Shown in pieces: positions 1 to 8,524 of a DNA stretch of 64,000 nt. The stretch lies in the IMG/VR virus record IMGVR_UViG_3300042257_000126, positions 9,570 to 73,569 of that record; one strand, 5' to 3'. The position numbers and the translations under genes are program-made. Source of the stretch: a virus. Its lineage: Duplodnaviria; Caudoviricetes. Below the pieces are notes generated by a model. That model ran no database searches. It was not told where the DNA came from and worked only from the letters and a program-made list of their open reading frames with translations. Numbering within the stretch: position 1 is the first letter of the stretch; every line of letters begins with the position of its first letter.

Positions 1-64
1 AACATAAAGTCACAGAAGCATTGCAGTATAGGGATATTGAAGAATACGTTAAAAAGGGATTAAT

Positions 65-532
65 ATGGTTGAATACATAAAAGGAAAGATAGCGTGGTTT
101 CCGGCACACGAGTTAAAGAGGTTAAGCCCTGAAACACCGATGGACTTCTCTGACATAGGGGAATGGTACGACGTGCTTGAAGAAACGCTTCTTGAACAGG
201 GGTTTATCCTACCCGAAAGCGACATTACGTTTCAGGAACAATACACAGAGAAAGGGTTTCATGTGTTTCGATACAATTGTGCGGTGGTTAAAACAACAAA
301 ACGCAACGAACAGTATATCTTACACGAAATTGGAATACAGTACTTGGGGATTAAGAAGTCGCGTGTAAGCGATTTGGATAAACTGAGCAACGTGTTAAAC
401 GTACTTAAAATGCCTGTGGACGGGAACGGGAATCCTACACCGGAAGGTCAGGAAGCGTACAAGAATCTGAAAACGTATATCGAAAAAATGCGTGAACTTG
501 GAGTTAGTAATCTTAAACAGTTGTTGAAATGA
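65..532 (+). CDS. hypothetical protein
   Basis: 155-aa ORF coupled by an ATGA overlap to the next gene. Confidence 0.7.
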   Translation: MVEYIKGKIAWFPAHELKRLSPETPMDFSDIGEWYDVLEETLLEQGFILPESDITFQEQYTEKGFHVFRYNCAVVKTTKRNEQYILHEIGIQYLGIKKSRVSDLDKLSNVLNVLKMPVDGNGNPTPEGQEAYKNLKTYIEKMRELGVSNLKQLLK

Positions 533-936
533 GAGAAATAAAATTTAGGGGATTGACAGATGAAGGAAAGTGGAAAAAAGGAGAATGGGTTTACGGTGAT
601 TTATTTCATGCTGCAATAAATGACATTCAAATATTTCCAATTGATTCGGATGATAGTTTTGCTGTTATTCCCGAAACAGTAGGTGAATATACAGGACTTA
701 AAGACAAAAACGGGACTGAAATTTATGAGGGGGATATAGTAAAAGTGGATAAATTATATCCATTCACAGAAAAGATTTGTGTGATGGAGTGGTGTGAATG
801 GCAAGTTGAGTTCGACTGGATGAAAAATAAGGCCGGATGGAATTTAAGAAAAATTTCAAATGGTTCTATGCAAATATGGACTAATAAAACAATTGAAGTT
901 ATCGGCAACATTCACCAAAACCCGGAATTGTTATGA
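529..936 (+). CDS. YopX family phage protein
   Basis: MREIKFRG...WVYGDL...TVGEYTGLKDKNGTEIYEGDIV...EVIGNIHQNPELL signature. Confidence 0.92.
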   Translation: MREIKFRGLTDEGKWKKGEWVYGDLFHAAINDIQIFPIDSDDSFAVIPETVGEYTGLKDKNGTEIYEGDIVKVDKLYPFTEKICVMEWCEWQVEFDWMKNKAGWNLRKISNGSMQIWTNKTIEVIGNIHQNPELL

Positions 937-1796
937 ACAAACTAATCATATCCGTTGACTTCGACGGTGTAATCGTAGTCGAGAACTACCCCGACATTGG
1001 AAACTTAATGACAGGGGCAAAAGAAACGATAAACAAGTGGTACAATCAGGGGCACACGATACTTATCAACACGTGCCGTGCAGGGGTGTTTTTAGAACGC
1101 TGTAAGGACTTTTTGTACGCAAACAGTATAATGTTCCACCACCTCAACGAAAACCCGCCAGAACTGATAGAACGGTACGGTATGGACACACGAAAGCTAT
1201 CTGCTGACATCTACATTGATGATCGAAACATGGGTGGGTTCAGAGGGTGGAAACACGCTGACAAGTACGTTCATTGGATGGCATACAGAAAACCTTTAGT
1301 GATAGCTATCGTAGGTGAGTCCGGTTCAGGTAAATCCACACTTGCGGAATACATTCGGAACACCTTCGGGATACATTTGATTCAGAGTTACACCACACGA
1401 CCACGACGCACACCCGACGAAGATGGACACACATTTATTTCAGATGAAGAGTTCGACACGTTTGACGACATGATTGCGTTTACTGAGTTCGGTAAATACC
1501 GATACTGTTGCAGGGAGTCTGATGTGAAAAAAGAAAACACCTATGTAATAGACGAACACGGATTGCAGATGTTAAAGGCCAACTACGGTGAAGTGTACGA
1601 CATAAAAACCATACGTGTACGTTGTGGAACGTCTGAACGTATTGACAGGGTTGGTGAAGAACGTGTTGCAAGGGACAAAGGACGCTTTAATATGCCCGCT
1701 GTGTTATTTGATTTAAATTTGCACACAGATAGTTGGCGTAAGCCATATCACGATGAACTGGATGAGTATGTCTTAAAATGGACTAATAGATTATAA
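933..1796 (+). CDS. HAD-superfamily hydrolase fused to guanylate-kinase-like domain
   Basis: N-half VDFDGV and ADIYIDDRN (HAD motifs I and IV); C-half P-loop GESGSGKS, SYTTRPRR and YVID. Confidence 0.85.
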   Translation: MNKLIISVDFDGVIVVENYPDIGNLMTGAKETINKWYNQGHTILINTCRAGVFLERCKDFLYANSIMFHHLNENPPELIERYGMDTRKLSADIYIDDRNMGGFRGWKHADKYVHWMAYRKPLVIAIVGESGSGKSTLAEYIRNTFGIHLIQSYTTRPRRTPDEDGHTFISDEEFDTFDDMIAFTEFGKYRYCCRESDVKKENTYVIDEHGLQMLKANYGEVYDIKTIRVRCGTSERIDRVGEERVARDKGRFNMPAVLFDLNLHTDSWRKPYHDELDEYVLKWTNRL

Positions 1797-1798
1797 GC

Positions 1799-3040
1799 AT
1801 GGATTTTAACCAAGAATTATTTCAACAAATCCTTAACGACCCCCAAATGTCGTCAAGGCATACCGTTGCTGAAAAGTACGGCATGGGTGAACGAATAGCA
1901 GGATACTACTGGTGGCTTGTTCAAAATATAGACTACGTGTCGAACATGTTTGAGACAGACAAGTCGCTGGTGGAACAAAACGTGCGATACCAAAAACAGA
2001 AGCAGCACATGATGGATATAAACAGGATAGAACGCAAGTCTTTCCGCGAATATGCCAGAGTGGAAAATGCTGTTTCAGAGTACGCAAAAGAACTGATGCG
2101 TATATTCGATGATAATCCGTACAAAGTGGAAACGGTTTATCACGATGTAGTTGGAGACGCCGTTGGTGTTATTCAGTTGTCAGACACCCACTTTAACGAA
2201 CTGATAAACATTAAAGGGAATAAGTACGACTTCACGGTTGCATCACAGCGCATACACAAATTGGTTTCAGAAGCCATAAATTACTTTAACCTGTATAATG
2301 TAAGCGATGTGTTTGTATTTTTAGGTGGGGACTTGATGAACAGCGACAGAAGGCTGGATGAATTAGTGTCAATGGCTACCAACAGGTCTAAAGCTACCTT
2401 CATTTCTGTTCAGATACTTGAACACGCAATACTTCACTTAAACACACATTTTAACGTTCACGTAGCTGGAATAAACGGCAACGAATCCCGTGTTACAGGA
2501 AAAGAGTACAACTGGAGCAACGAACTCGTATCCGACAACTATGACTTTACAATTTTCAACGTGTTGCGATATAAGCTAAAAGACAGCGATGGTATATCGT
2601 TTCTCGGACTATGCGACAAATATGAAGAAGTAGTTGATGTTAACGGTAAAAACTTTCTGCTTGTACACGGACACCAAATAGGAAAGGACATATCCAAAGA
2701 CATTAGCAAGCTGATACGAAAGTACGCCGTTAAGGACATTTCGATTGACTTTGTTATTTGGGGGCACATACACGAAGCAATGATAGCTGATATGTATGCA
2801 CGCAATTCGTCCGTGTGTGGTTCAAACAACTACGCAGAAGATGCGCTTTTACTTGTAAGCAGGGCAAGCCAAAATCTGCACATCGTGTTTGACGGAGACA
2901 GAATTGATTCTATTAAGGTTGATTTGCAGGACGTATCAGGGATCGAACCATACCCGACACAAGACTGGATAGATGCCTATAATCCAAAATCAGTAGATAA
3001 GGCACACAAACAAGAAACGATATTAAGAATAACAATATGA
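1799..3040 (+). CDS. calcineurin-like metallophosphoesterase
   Basis: Motifs SDTH, GGDLMN, GNE, HGH and GHIH. Confidence 0.85.
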   Translation: MDFNQELFQQILNDPQMSSRHTVAEKYGMGERIAGYYWWLVQNIDYVSNMFETDKSLVEQNVRYQKQKQHMMDINRIERKSFREYARVENAVSEYAKELMRIFDDNPYKVETVYHDVVGDAVGVIQLSDTHFNELINIKGNKYDFTVASQRIHKLVSEAINYFNLYNVSDVFVFLGGDLMNSDRRLDELVSMATNRSKATFISVQILEHAILHLNTHFNVHVAGINGNESRVTGKEYNWSNELVSDNYDFTIFNVLRYKLKDSDGISFLGLCDKYEEVVDVNGKNFLLVHGHQIGKDISKDISKLIRKYAVKDISIDFVIWGHIHEAMIADMYARNSSVCGSNNYAEDALLLVSRASQNLHIVFDGDRIDSIKVDLQDVSGIEPYPTQDWIDAYNPKSVDKAHKQETILRITI

Positions 3041-3309
3041 AAGAAGAATTTGAACTAATATCACCGCTGACACGATACAGGGCAAGTTTTGTAGCATCGT
3101 TTGGGTACGACTGCAAATTAGTGGAGAAAGCAGACAATTATTTAGACGACAGGATGAGGATTGTGACACCAAAAAGTTCACACGTGGTCAGCAGGAAGGG
3201 GTTGTTTGAGTTCATTCAGCGTCGCCACCCGGTTGTGCTTACAAACAAAAAACCTGAATTACATGTTATAGAACATCCAAATTGGTTTGAAAGTTTGCGA
3301 TATATTTAG
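3037..3309 (+). CDS. hypothetical protein
   Basis: 90-aa ORF overlapping the upstream stop. Confidence 0.6.
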   Translation: MKEEFELISPLTRYRASFVASFGYDCKLVEKADNYLDDRMRIVTPKSSHVVSRKGLFEFIQRRHPVVLTNKKPELHVIEHPNWFESLRYI

Positions 3310-3317
3310 TATCTTTG
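3310..3317 (+). promoter_or_regulatory. Bacteroidota sigma70-type -7 box for the tRNA pair
   Basis: TATCTTTG matches TAnnTTTG, 16 nt before the first tRNA. Confidence 0.65.
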
Positions 3318-3333
3318 TTGAAGTTATTTACAT

Positions 3334-3407
3334 TGCGGGGGAGTGAAACGGAAAATCATTCTGGTCTCATAAGCCAGAGATAGTGGGTTCGACTCCCACT
3401 CCCGCTA
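3334..3407 (+). tRNA. tRNA with CAU anticodon (Met; possibly initiator-like)
   Basis: Acceptor TGCGGGG/TCCCGCT with a 1:72 mismatch; anticodon arm CTGGT-CTCATAA-GCCAG; T-arm GTGGG-TTCGACT-CCCAC; no encoded CCA. Confidence 0.88.
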
Positions 3408-3411
3408 CTTT

Positions 3412-3484
3412 GCCGGATTAGCTCAGTTGGTAGAGCATGTGTTTTGTACTCACAGCGTCAGGGGTTCGATTCCTCTATCCGGCT
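3412..3484 (+). tRNA. tRNA-Thr(UGU)
   Basis: Acceptor GCCGGAT/ATCCGGC; D-arm GCTCAGTTGGTAGAGC; loop TTTGTAC; T-arm AGGGG-TTCGATT-CCTCT. Confidence 0.92.
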
Positions 3485-3504
3485 CAACTTTTAAAATTTA
3501 TGTT

Positions 3505-3651
3505 ATGAAGCCACTACCATTTATTTTAATACCAGTTGTTTTAGGGTTTATTGCCTGCCTGTTTCTGCACCCCCCTTTTTGGGTCTGGGTGGTAACATGG
3601 ATTGTATGTATTGGTGTTGGTCTTTGTTGGTTGTGGAAGAAGTCACAATAG
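3505..3651 (+). CDS. small two-TM membrane protein
   Basis: MKPLPFILIPVVLGFIACLFL...; the longer ORF call runs into the tRNA, so the start was moved. Confidence 0.6.
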   Translation: MKPLPFILIPVVLGFIACLFLHPPFWVWVVTWIVCIGVGLCWLWKKSQ

Positions 3652-3717
3652 GCCTCCAGACGCAATTTAAGCCGTTTTGAGCCACTTTCTCAGTTGAAAC
3701 GATAAAATATACCACGT

Positions 3718-4020
3718 ATGATAAAAACACGCTTAAAATACACTTTTGAGAACCTCGTGTACGTTATTGAAACAAACTACTGCGGGGACAACTTTAAATG
3801 GAATGAAGAACTAATAGTGTTTGCAGACGCAGAGGTATATATCACAGGTGGAATATACGCAGACTATAAACACGACATGGGCGACTACTGGACACCACCG
3901 GATACGTCGCTTATCAATCGGTGGGCAGATATTTATGAAGTTTTAATTATAATCAACGATGAAGAAAAAAGATTCACAGACGAAGAAATCTACGAACTGG
4001 AAGAACGTTTACGGGTTTAA
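3718..4020 (+). CDS. hypothetical protein
   Basis: Acidic 100-aa ORF with a GDYWTPP motif seen in phage proteins. Confidence 0.65.
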   Translation: MIKTRLKYTFENLVYVIETNYCGDNFKWNEELIVFADAEVYITGGIYADYKHDMGDYWTPPDTSLINRWADIYEVLIIINDEEKRFTDEEIYELEERLRV

Positions 4021-4267
4021 GGTAAGCGATGTTCTTGGTTCGTTCAGCAGATGGTTTAGCGACGCCACAGACGGCGACGATGTTATGAGTAACACTCTGC
4101 GTGAAATAATGCTGAGGCAAGCACCACAGGACTTTAAAGATGCTTATGAGTACTGCGAGTGGGTAGCACGGCAGAACGGGTTTGAGTTCAAAGAATTGAC
4201 TGAGGCAGACTTTAAGAAAACAGGCAATCCGATAAAAAAGTTGTTTAATAAAATATTTAAGAAATGA
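3959..4267 (+). CDS. hypothetical protein
   Basis: ORF coupled to the next gene; start uncertain. Confidence 0.55.
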   Translation: MKKKDSQTKKSTNWKNVYGFKVSDVLGSFSRWFSDATDGDDVMSNTLREIMLRQAPQDFKDAYEYCEWVARQNGFEFKELTEADFKKTGNPIKKLFNKIFKK

Positions 4268-4515
4268 GTTGGAATTACAGAATGATGGTACAACCGGACA
4301 AAGACGATTACTTTTTCTCCGTTCACGAAGTACACTACGAGAAAGATGGTACTCCGTATGCTTATTCAAAGGAACCTGCAAGTGTGGCTGGAAGCTGTAT
4401 TGATGACTTAACATTTGCATTGAACAAAATGAAGGATGCTATTTTAAATAAACCCGTATTGTGGGCTAATGAAAGATTTCCAGAGGAATTTGATTACGAT
4501 AAAAAAATGAAATGA
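4264..4515 (+). CDS. conserved phage hypothetical protein
   Basis: MSWNYR...HEVHY motif common in phages. Confidence 0.7.
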   Translation: MSWNYRMMVQPDKDDYFFSVHEVHYEKDGTPYAYSKEPASVAGSCIDDLTFALNKMKDAILNKPVLWANERFPEEFDYDKKMK

Positions 4516-5066
4516 AACTACGCGAACTAAAGAAAGCAATCCGGGGTGTGTTCAAACAGCCTGTAAGAAAGTACTACTTCGGCAAAGCACGGATTGGCAC
4601 ACCGTATTTCTTCCCGTGGCACTACAACGGTAGTATCCTCACCATACGCAAACTAAAGCGTAGAACACACGAAGAATACGAACAGCACGTACACGGAAGA
4701 TCGTGGCTGCGTGATAAACAGAGTTCTATCTACAAAAACCTTCCAATGGTTCTACGAAACAAGTATTGGATTGTACGCGACTACTACATAGCTGTTGGCT
4801 GGCCTATCTCTATACATTGGACTAACTTGGGATGGAAGGACAAATACGGAACACCACGCTTTGAGTGGCCGCCTCAGTTTTCTGTTTTTTTCTTTGGATT
4901 ACAGTTCTGTGTTTGGTGGGTTGACCCGTGTGGTGATGATGATAGCTACTACGAACAAATACTTTGGTATCTGTATTACACCAACAGAACAGTAAAAGAG
5001 GCAGAAGAAACATGGCCGTGGACAAGCAAAGGTAAATCAACGTGGAATAAAGACTATTTATTATGA
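4512..5066 (+). CDS. hypothetical protein (Trp-rich)
   Basis: 184-aa coupled ORF containing LGWKDKYGTPRFEWPP. Confidence 0.7.
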   Translation: MKLRELKKAIRGVFKQPVRKYYFGKARIGTPYFFPWHYNGSILTIRKLKRRTHEEYEQHVHGRSWLRDKQSSIYKNLPMVLRNKYWIVRDYYIAVGWPISIHWTNLGWKDKYGTPRFEWPPQFSVFFFGLQFCVWWVDPCGDDDSYYEQILWYLYYTNRTVKEAEETWPWTSKGKSTWNKDYLL

Positions 5067-5398
5067 GAACACTACTATTATTTTTATTGCTTTCTTGGGG
5101 TGCAACAGCACAGGTCGCTTACACCGTACACGTAGAACTGTTCCCCAAAGACTATGTGGGTGTGGGGTATCACATCTTCGTTCAAAACAGCGTGTACAGA
5201 GAAAACCTATACACGATGACCCCTGCCCAAATTGATACGATTGCCAGACGGCAAACGGGGTTTAAAGTGAACACTTATCTAAAACTGCAAAACAACACGT
5301 TCTACGAGTTTCGTACCGACGATGTGTGGATTGCCGTTGAGAAGAAACGTGTGTATAGGAAGAATGATAAATTAAAATACAAAAGATGGGTAAAATAA
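5063..5398 (+). CDS. secreted hypothetical protein
   Basis: Signal peptide MRTLLLFLLLSWGATA/Q. Confidence 0.65.
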   Translation: MRTLLLFLLLSWGATAQVAYTVHVELFPKDYVGVGYHIFVQNSVYRENLYTMTPAQIDTIARRQTGFKVNTYLKLQNNTFYEFRTDDVWIAVEKKRVYRKNDKLKYKRWVK

Positions 5399-5619
5399 TA
5401 GCCTGCATACCGGCAGACACAGAAAACAAGTTATTTATTAAAGATTTTCGTATGGACAACGACAGGGCGTTTGTCAAATACCGGAGTACGTATAACGATA
5501 TACCGTTTGTTGAAACACAGATATATTCTGTTGACGGTGGGCAAAACGTTGCCATAACAGGTGACGATGGAACTATTTTATTTAGGTTTAGTATGAATTG
5601 GATTAATAAAATTAAATAA
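5386..5619 (+). CDS. hypothetical protein
   Basis: 77-aa ORF within the operon. Confidence 0.55.
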   Translation: MGKIIACIPADTENKLFIKDFRMDNDRAFVKYRSTYNDIPFVETQIYSVDGGQNVAITGDDGTILFRFSMNWINKIK

Positions 5620-5620
5620 C

Positions 5621-6025
5621 ATGGAAGAGCAGCTTGAAAAATTCCTAAAAGAGAATGGTGTATTTGACAGGTTTTGGGCTAATGCAAAAGACGACTATGC
5701 CGATGTTATGTACGTTTATAGTGCAGACTTGTGGATATTACGGGCATTTGGATGGATTGATTCACCGGAAGGTTTTGAGTTTTGGAGCGACATAGATGAT
5801 ATGTGGCAGGATAAAATATCTGAATTAATTGCAACAGAAGACAGGGATATTGGGTTTAAGTACATGTTTCCACAATACAGCAAATCAGCCGTTTTAAGCA
5901 ACGTTCTCCATCGGGGTGATAAAATATACCTCTCAGAGATTTTAAACGATTCTACGCTACCTAAAACGGCTGTGGTGGACGAATTGATACACGGGAAAGG
6001 TTACGTCGAAGTTTACTTGAGGTGA
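5621..6025 (+). CDS. hypothetical protein
   Basis: AFGWIDSPEGFEFW motif typical of Bacteroidota phage proteins. Confidence 0.65.
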   Translation: MEEQLEKFLKENGVFDRFWANAKDDYADVMYVYSADLWILRAFGWIDSPEGFEFWSDIDDMWQDKISELIATEDRDIGFKYMFPQYSKSAVLSNVLHRGDKIYLSEILNDSTLPKTAVVDELIHGKGYVEVYLR

Positions 6026-6093
6026 ATCCGTTCATACAGTTTCCACCCCAAGTAACCTGACAAGATAATTACTGTTGCTACTAAAACCATGAT

Positions 6094-6122
6094 AAGAGGG
6101 GAGCTATTTGCTCCCTTTTTTT
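6094..6122. terminator. intrinsic terminator where the + and - blocks converge
   Basis: GGGAGC-TATTT-GCTCCC hairpin followed by a T tract. Confidence 0.65.
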
Positions 6123-6424
6123 GGTTTAACAACTACGATAACATCTTTCCATTCGAGTACAGCTTCTTTTCCTGCTGCGATCACATCTTTCACGCTGCTC
6201 TCAACCAACTTGCCGTCGTCTTTAATTGCTTTGTCTGCTTCTGCAAATACATCTGACGTTTCTAAAAACGCCTCACCGATCTCTTTAGTGATCTTAGATG
6301 CTTTGCTAAAGATAGCTTTCAGGTTCACGCCCTTCTTTCTAAAGAACGTTACGATAACTCCTGCAACAGCTACGGCTACGCCGCCCATTGCCCATTCCGA
6401 AATGTTTAAAAATAGTAATTCCAT
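6104..6424 (-). CDS. single-TM protein, holin candidate
   Basis: N-terminal TM GGVAVAVAGVIVTFF followed by RKK; last gene of the late block. Confidence 0.55.
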   Translation of the reverse strand: MELLFLNISEWAMGGVAVAVAGVIVTFFRKKGVNLKAIFSKASKITKEIGEAFLETSDVFAEADKAIKDDGKLVESSVKDVIAAGKEAVLEWKDVIVVVKPKKGSK

Positions 6425-6852
6425 TATGCTAATAATTCTGGTTCGTTATACGCTTCGTGTGTGGCTGTCAACGCTGTCCGGTAGTCCAACCCCGTTAGCT
6501 CCCTGTTTAATTCTGTCGCAATACCTAAGTACAACAAGCTGCGACGTGCCTTGTTGTAGCTGTTGATCTTCGCTAACGATGCTTTTAACGCTTCTTCTTC
6601 GTTGATAGCATCGTCCCACTCTTCGAGTTCTTTAAGAATCTTCGGAAGTGCCTTGCGGACACGTTCAAGTATCTTGTTGTCAATTTCTGTGTTCACAGTT
6701 AGTTCGACGATAACATCAGCAATCTGTGAATCGGTTATCTTTTTTATCACTTCTACTACTTTTATCCCAACCGGGATTAGTTTCTTCGCTGCACCTGTTA
6801 TCTTCTGAAACAGTTCAACTACTTTGTTTTTTATTTTTGTTAGAAAGTTCAT
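6424..6852 (-). CDS. hypothetical helical protein
   Basis: 142-aa ORF coupled to the downstream gene. Confidence 0.7.
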   Translation of the reverse strand: MNFLTKIKNKVVELFQKITGAAKKLIPVGIKVVEVIKKITDSQIADVIVELTVNTEIDNKILERVRKALPKILKELEEWDDAINEEEALKASLAKINSYNKARRSLLYLGIATELNRELTGLDYRTALTATHEAYNEPELLA

Positions 6853-6864
6853 AAAATCACTGAA

Positions 6865-7617
6865 TTATAATTGCTTCCACCCTGCCGGGTATGCATCCGG
6901 GCTCCAGGTGTTGTTATCAATCAGGCTTTCCCAGGTTTTGCCATTATACAGAACTTTTTCGCCGGTTTGGTAGGCATCATGTGCGCCAGTGGGTTGTACC
7001 CATTCGGTAATTTCGCCGGGTACACGGTATGCGGTATAGAGGCTTTTTGTGGTTTCGGGTAACCAATCTGCTTGTGAGGTGTGTGTCTGGATAACGCGAA
7101 AAAGCAGGCCGTCTTTTACGAATACTTCGTTGGCTTCGTAGTATTCGTTTATGCGCCACTTCGGGTAAATGGTGGCAAGGTCTGAAAGCTGCTGTTGGGT
7201 TACTGAATCACTTTCGAGTACATTTTTTGTAAGAATGCGGAGCAGGCGTTTCATGGCCATGATATCCATATCGATGTCTATGGCATCGAGAACAGCTTCT
7301 TTTTCGGCCTGTAATTCTTCCACTGTTTTATCCAGTACCGGGTAAGTAACGGCATCCATGTCCTGGTTGTAATACCGTTGGCCGAGTTTTTGGGTAGTTG
7401 GGTCATATTCCGGCACAATTACATCACGCCAACCGTCATTATAATGAATGCTATCATGTACATTTTTATACCCACCCCAATAAAAAGTGCCATCCTCGCA
7501 GGTAAACTTTTCTGGAATGCCGGTTTGGATAATTTCATTATTTTTTATTAATGCTTTCTGCTGGCTGAATGCCGTAACAGAAAGGAAAAGTGATAGTATT
7601 AAAAGTGTTGTTTTCAT
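6865..7617 (-). CDS. signal-peptide protein with C-terminal CBM5/12-like carbohydrate-binding modules
   Basis: MKTTLLILSLFLSVTAFS/Q; HTSQADWLP; WVQPTGAHDAYQTGEKVLYNGKTWESLIDNNTWSP. Confidence 0.75.
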   Translation of the reverse strand: MKTTLLILSLFLSVTAFSQQKALIKNNEIIQTGIPEKFTCEDGTFYWGGYKNVHDSIHYNDGWRDVIVPEYDPTTQKLGQRYYNQDMDAVTYPVLDKTVEELQAEKEAVLDAIDIDMDIMAMKRLLRILTKNVLESDSVTQQQLSDLATIYPKWRINEYYEANEVFVKDGLLFRVIQTHTSQADWLPETTKSLYTAYRVPGEITEWVQPTGAHDAYQTGEKVLYNGKTWESLIDNNTWSPDAYPAGWKQL

Positions 7618-7629
7618 GTTGTATAATTT

Positions 7630-8523
7630 TTAATAAGAATATTGTCTAAAATTATCACCTGTATAATCTTGAATAATGATTGTTCTTGAACCAGTATCTA
7701 TTTCAAAGTCCCACGGATAACTAATACCACTTGCCTGGTCATTTGTAACATACCTATACGACGAAATACCATATGGGATTCTTAAATTTGCATGATAAAG
7801 CATACCCGAAGTATATGTTGTGCAAAAAAAGTCACAGCCATTATTTATAAACTTTATTGAGGGAATATTACTAATTCCACCTGTTATGTAGGTTGTTAAA
7901 TCATCCATAGTATATAGTATAATATCGTATGTTGCACTTTCAATATCATAGGGAGTTGTTAGAACATACCTTAATACCCCAATAGTATTGTCTTGAATTA
8001 GTAAATGACTTCCGCTTTCAACAAAACTAAAAGTATATCCCAAGCTAAATTCGGTAAAATCAATATTTATTGCAGTTCCCTTTGTTGATAAGTCAAAGGG
8101 GGTTGATAAAACATATTTTTTAACATCATAGGTGCTGTTATATTCTAACATGTAAATCATAGTGCCGTCTGCACTAATTAATACATCCTGTGAGTTTTCT
8201 ATACCTGCTGATAATAAAGTTTGACTGTACACCATAGTACTTAAATCCCACGCTGTGGACATAGTATATTTATCAATATCATCTCCCGAGGAACCAGTTA
8301 AAAATAAAATCGTTCCATCCTCACTTATACAAGTCCCACGCCCAGTACTCTCTTGGGTTGAATAACCAAAAAAAGTACCCGTATAAGTCAATGTTGAATA
8401 ACCCACATTATCACCGCAACTTGCAGTTTGTATGCCCGGTATCTGAAATGCCCCAATGCTCGGCACCTGTCCATTACAGGCAAACGCAAAAAATAGACTG
8501 ATTAATAAAATTAGATTTTTCAT
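7630..8523 (-). CDS. signal-peptide beta-propeller-like protein
   Basis: MKNLILLISLFFAFACNG/Q; repeated Y-x-L-S-T-[AP]-[WFY]-D-[LI] blades. Confidence 0.7.
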   Translation of the reverse strand: MKNLILLISLFFAFACNGQVPSIGAFQIPGIQTASCGDNVGYSTLTYTGTFFGYSTQESTGRGTCISEDGTILFLTGSSGDDIDKYTMSTAWDLSTMVYSQTLLSAGIENSQDVLISADGTMIYMLEYNSTYDVKKYVLSTPFDLSTKGTAINIDFTEFSLGYTFSFVESGSHLLIQDNTIGVLRYVLTTPYDIESATYDIILYTMDDLTTYITGGISNIPSIKFINNGCDFFCTTYTSGMLYHANLRIPYGISSYRYVTNDQASGISYPWDFEIDTGSRTIIIQDYTGDNFRQYSY

Positions 8524-8524
8524 T

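Noticed and set aside
3427-3504. N-terminal part of the 74-aa ORF call
   Set aside because: It overlaps tRNA-Thr; the real start is probably 3505
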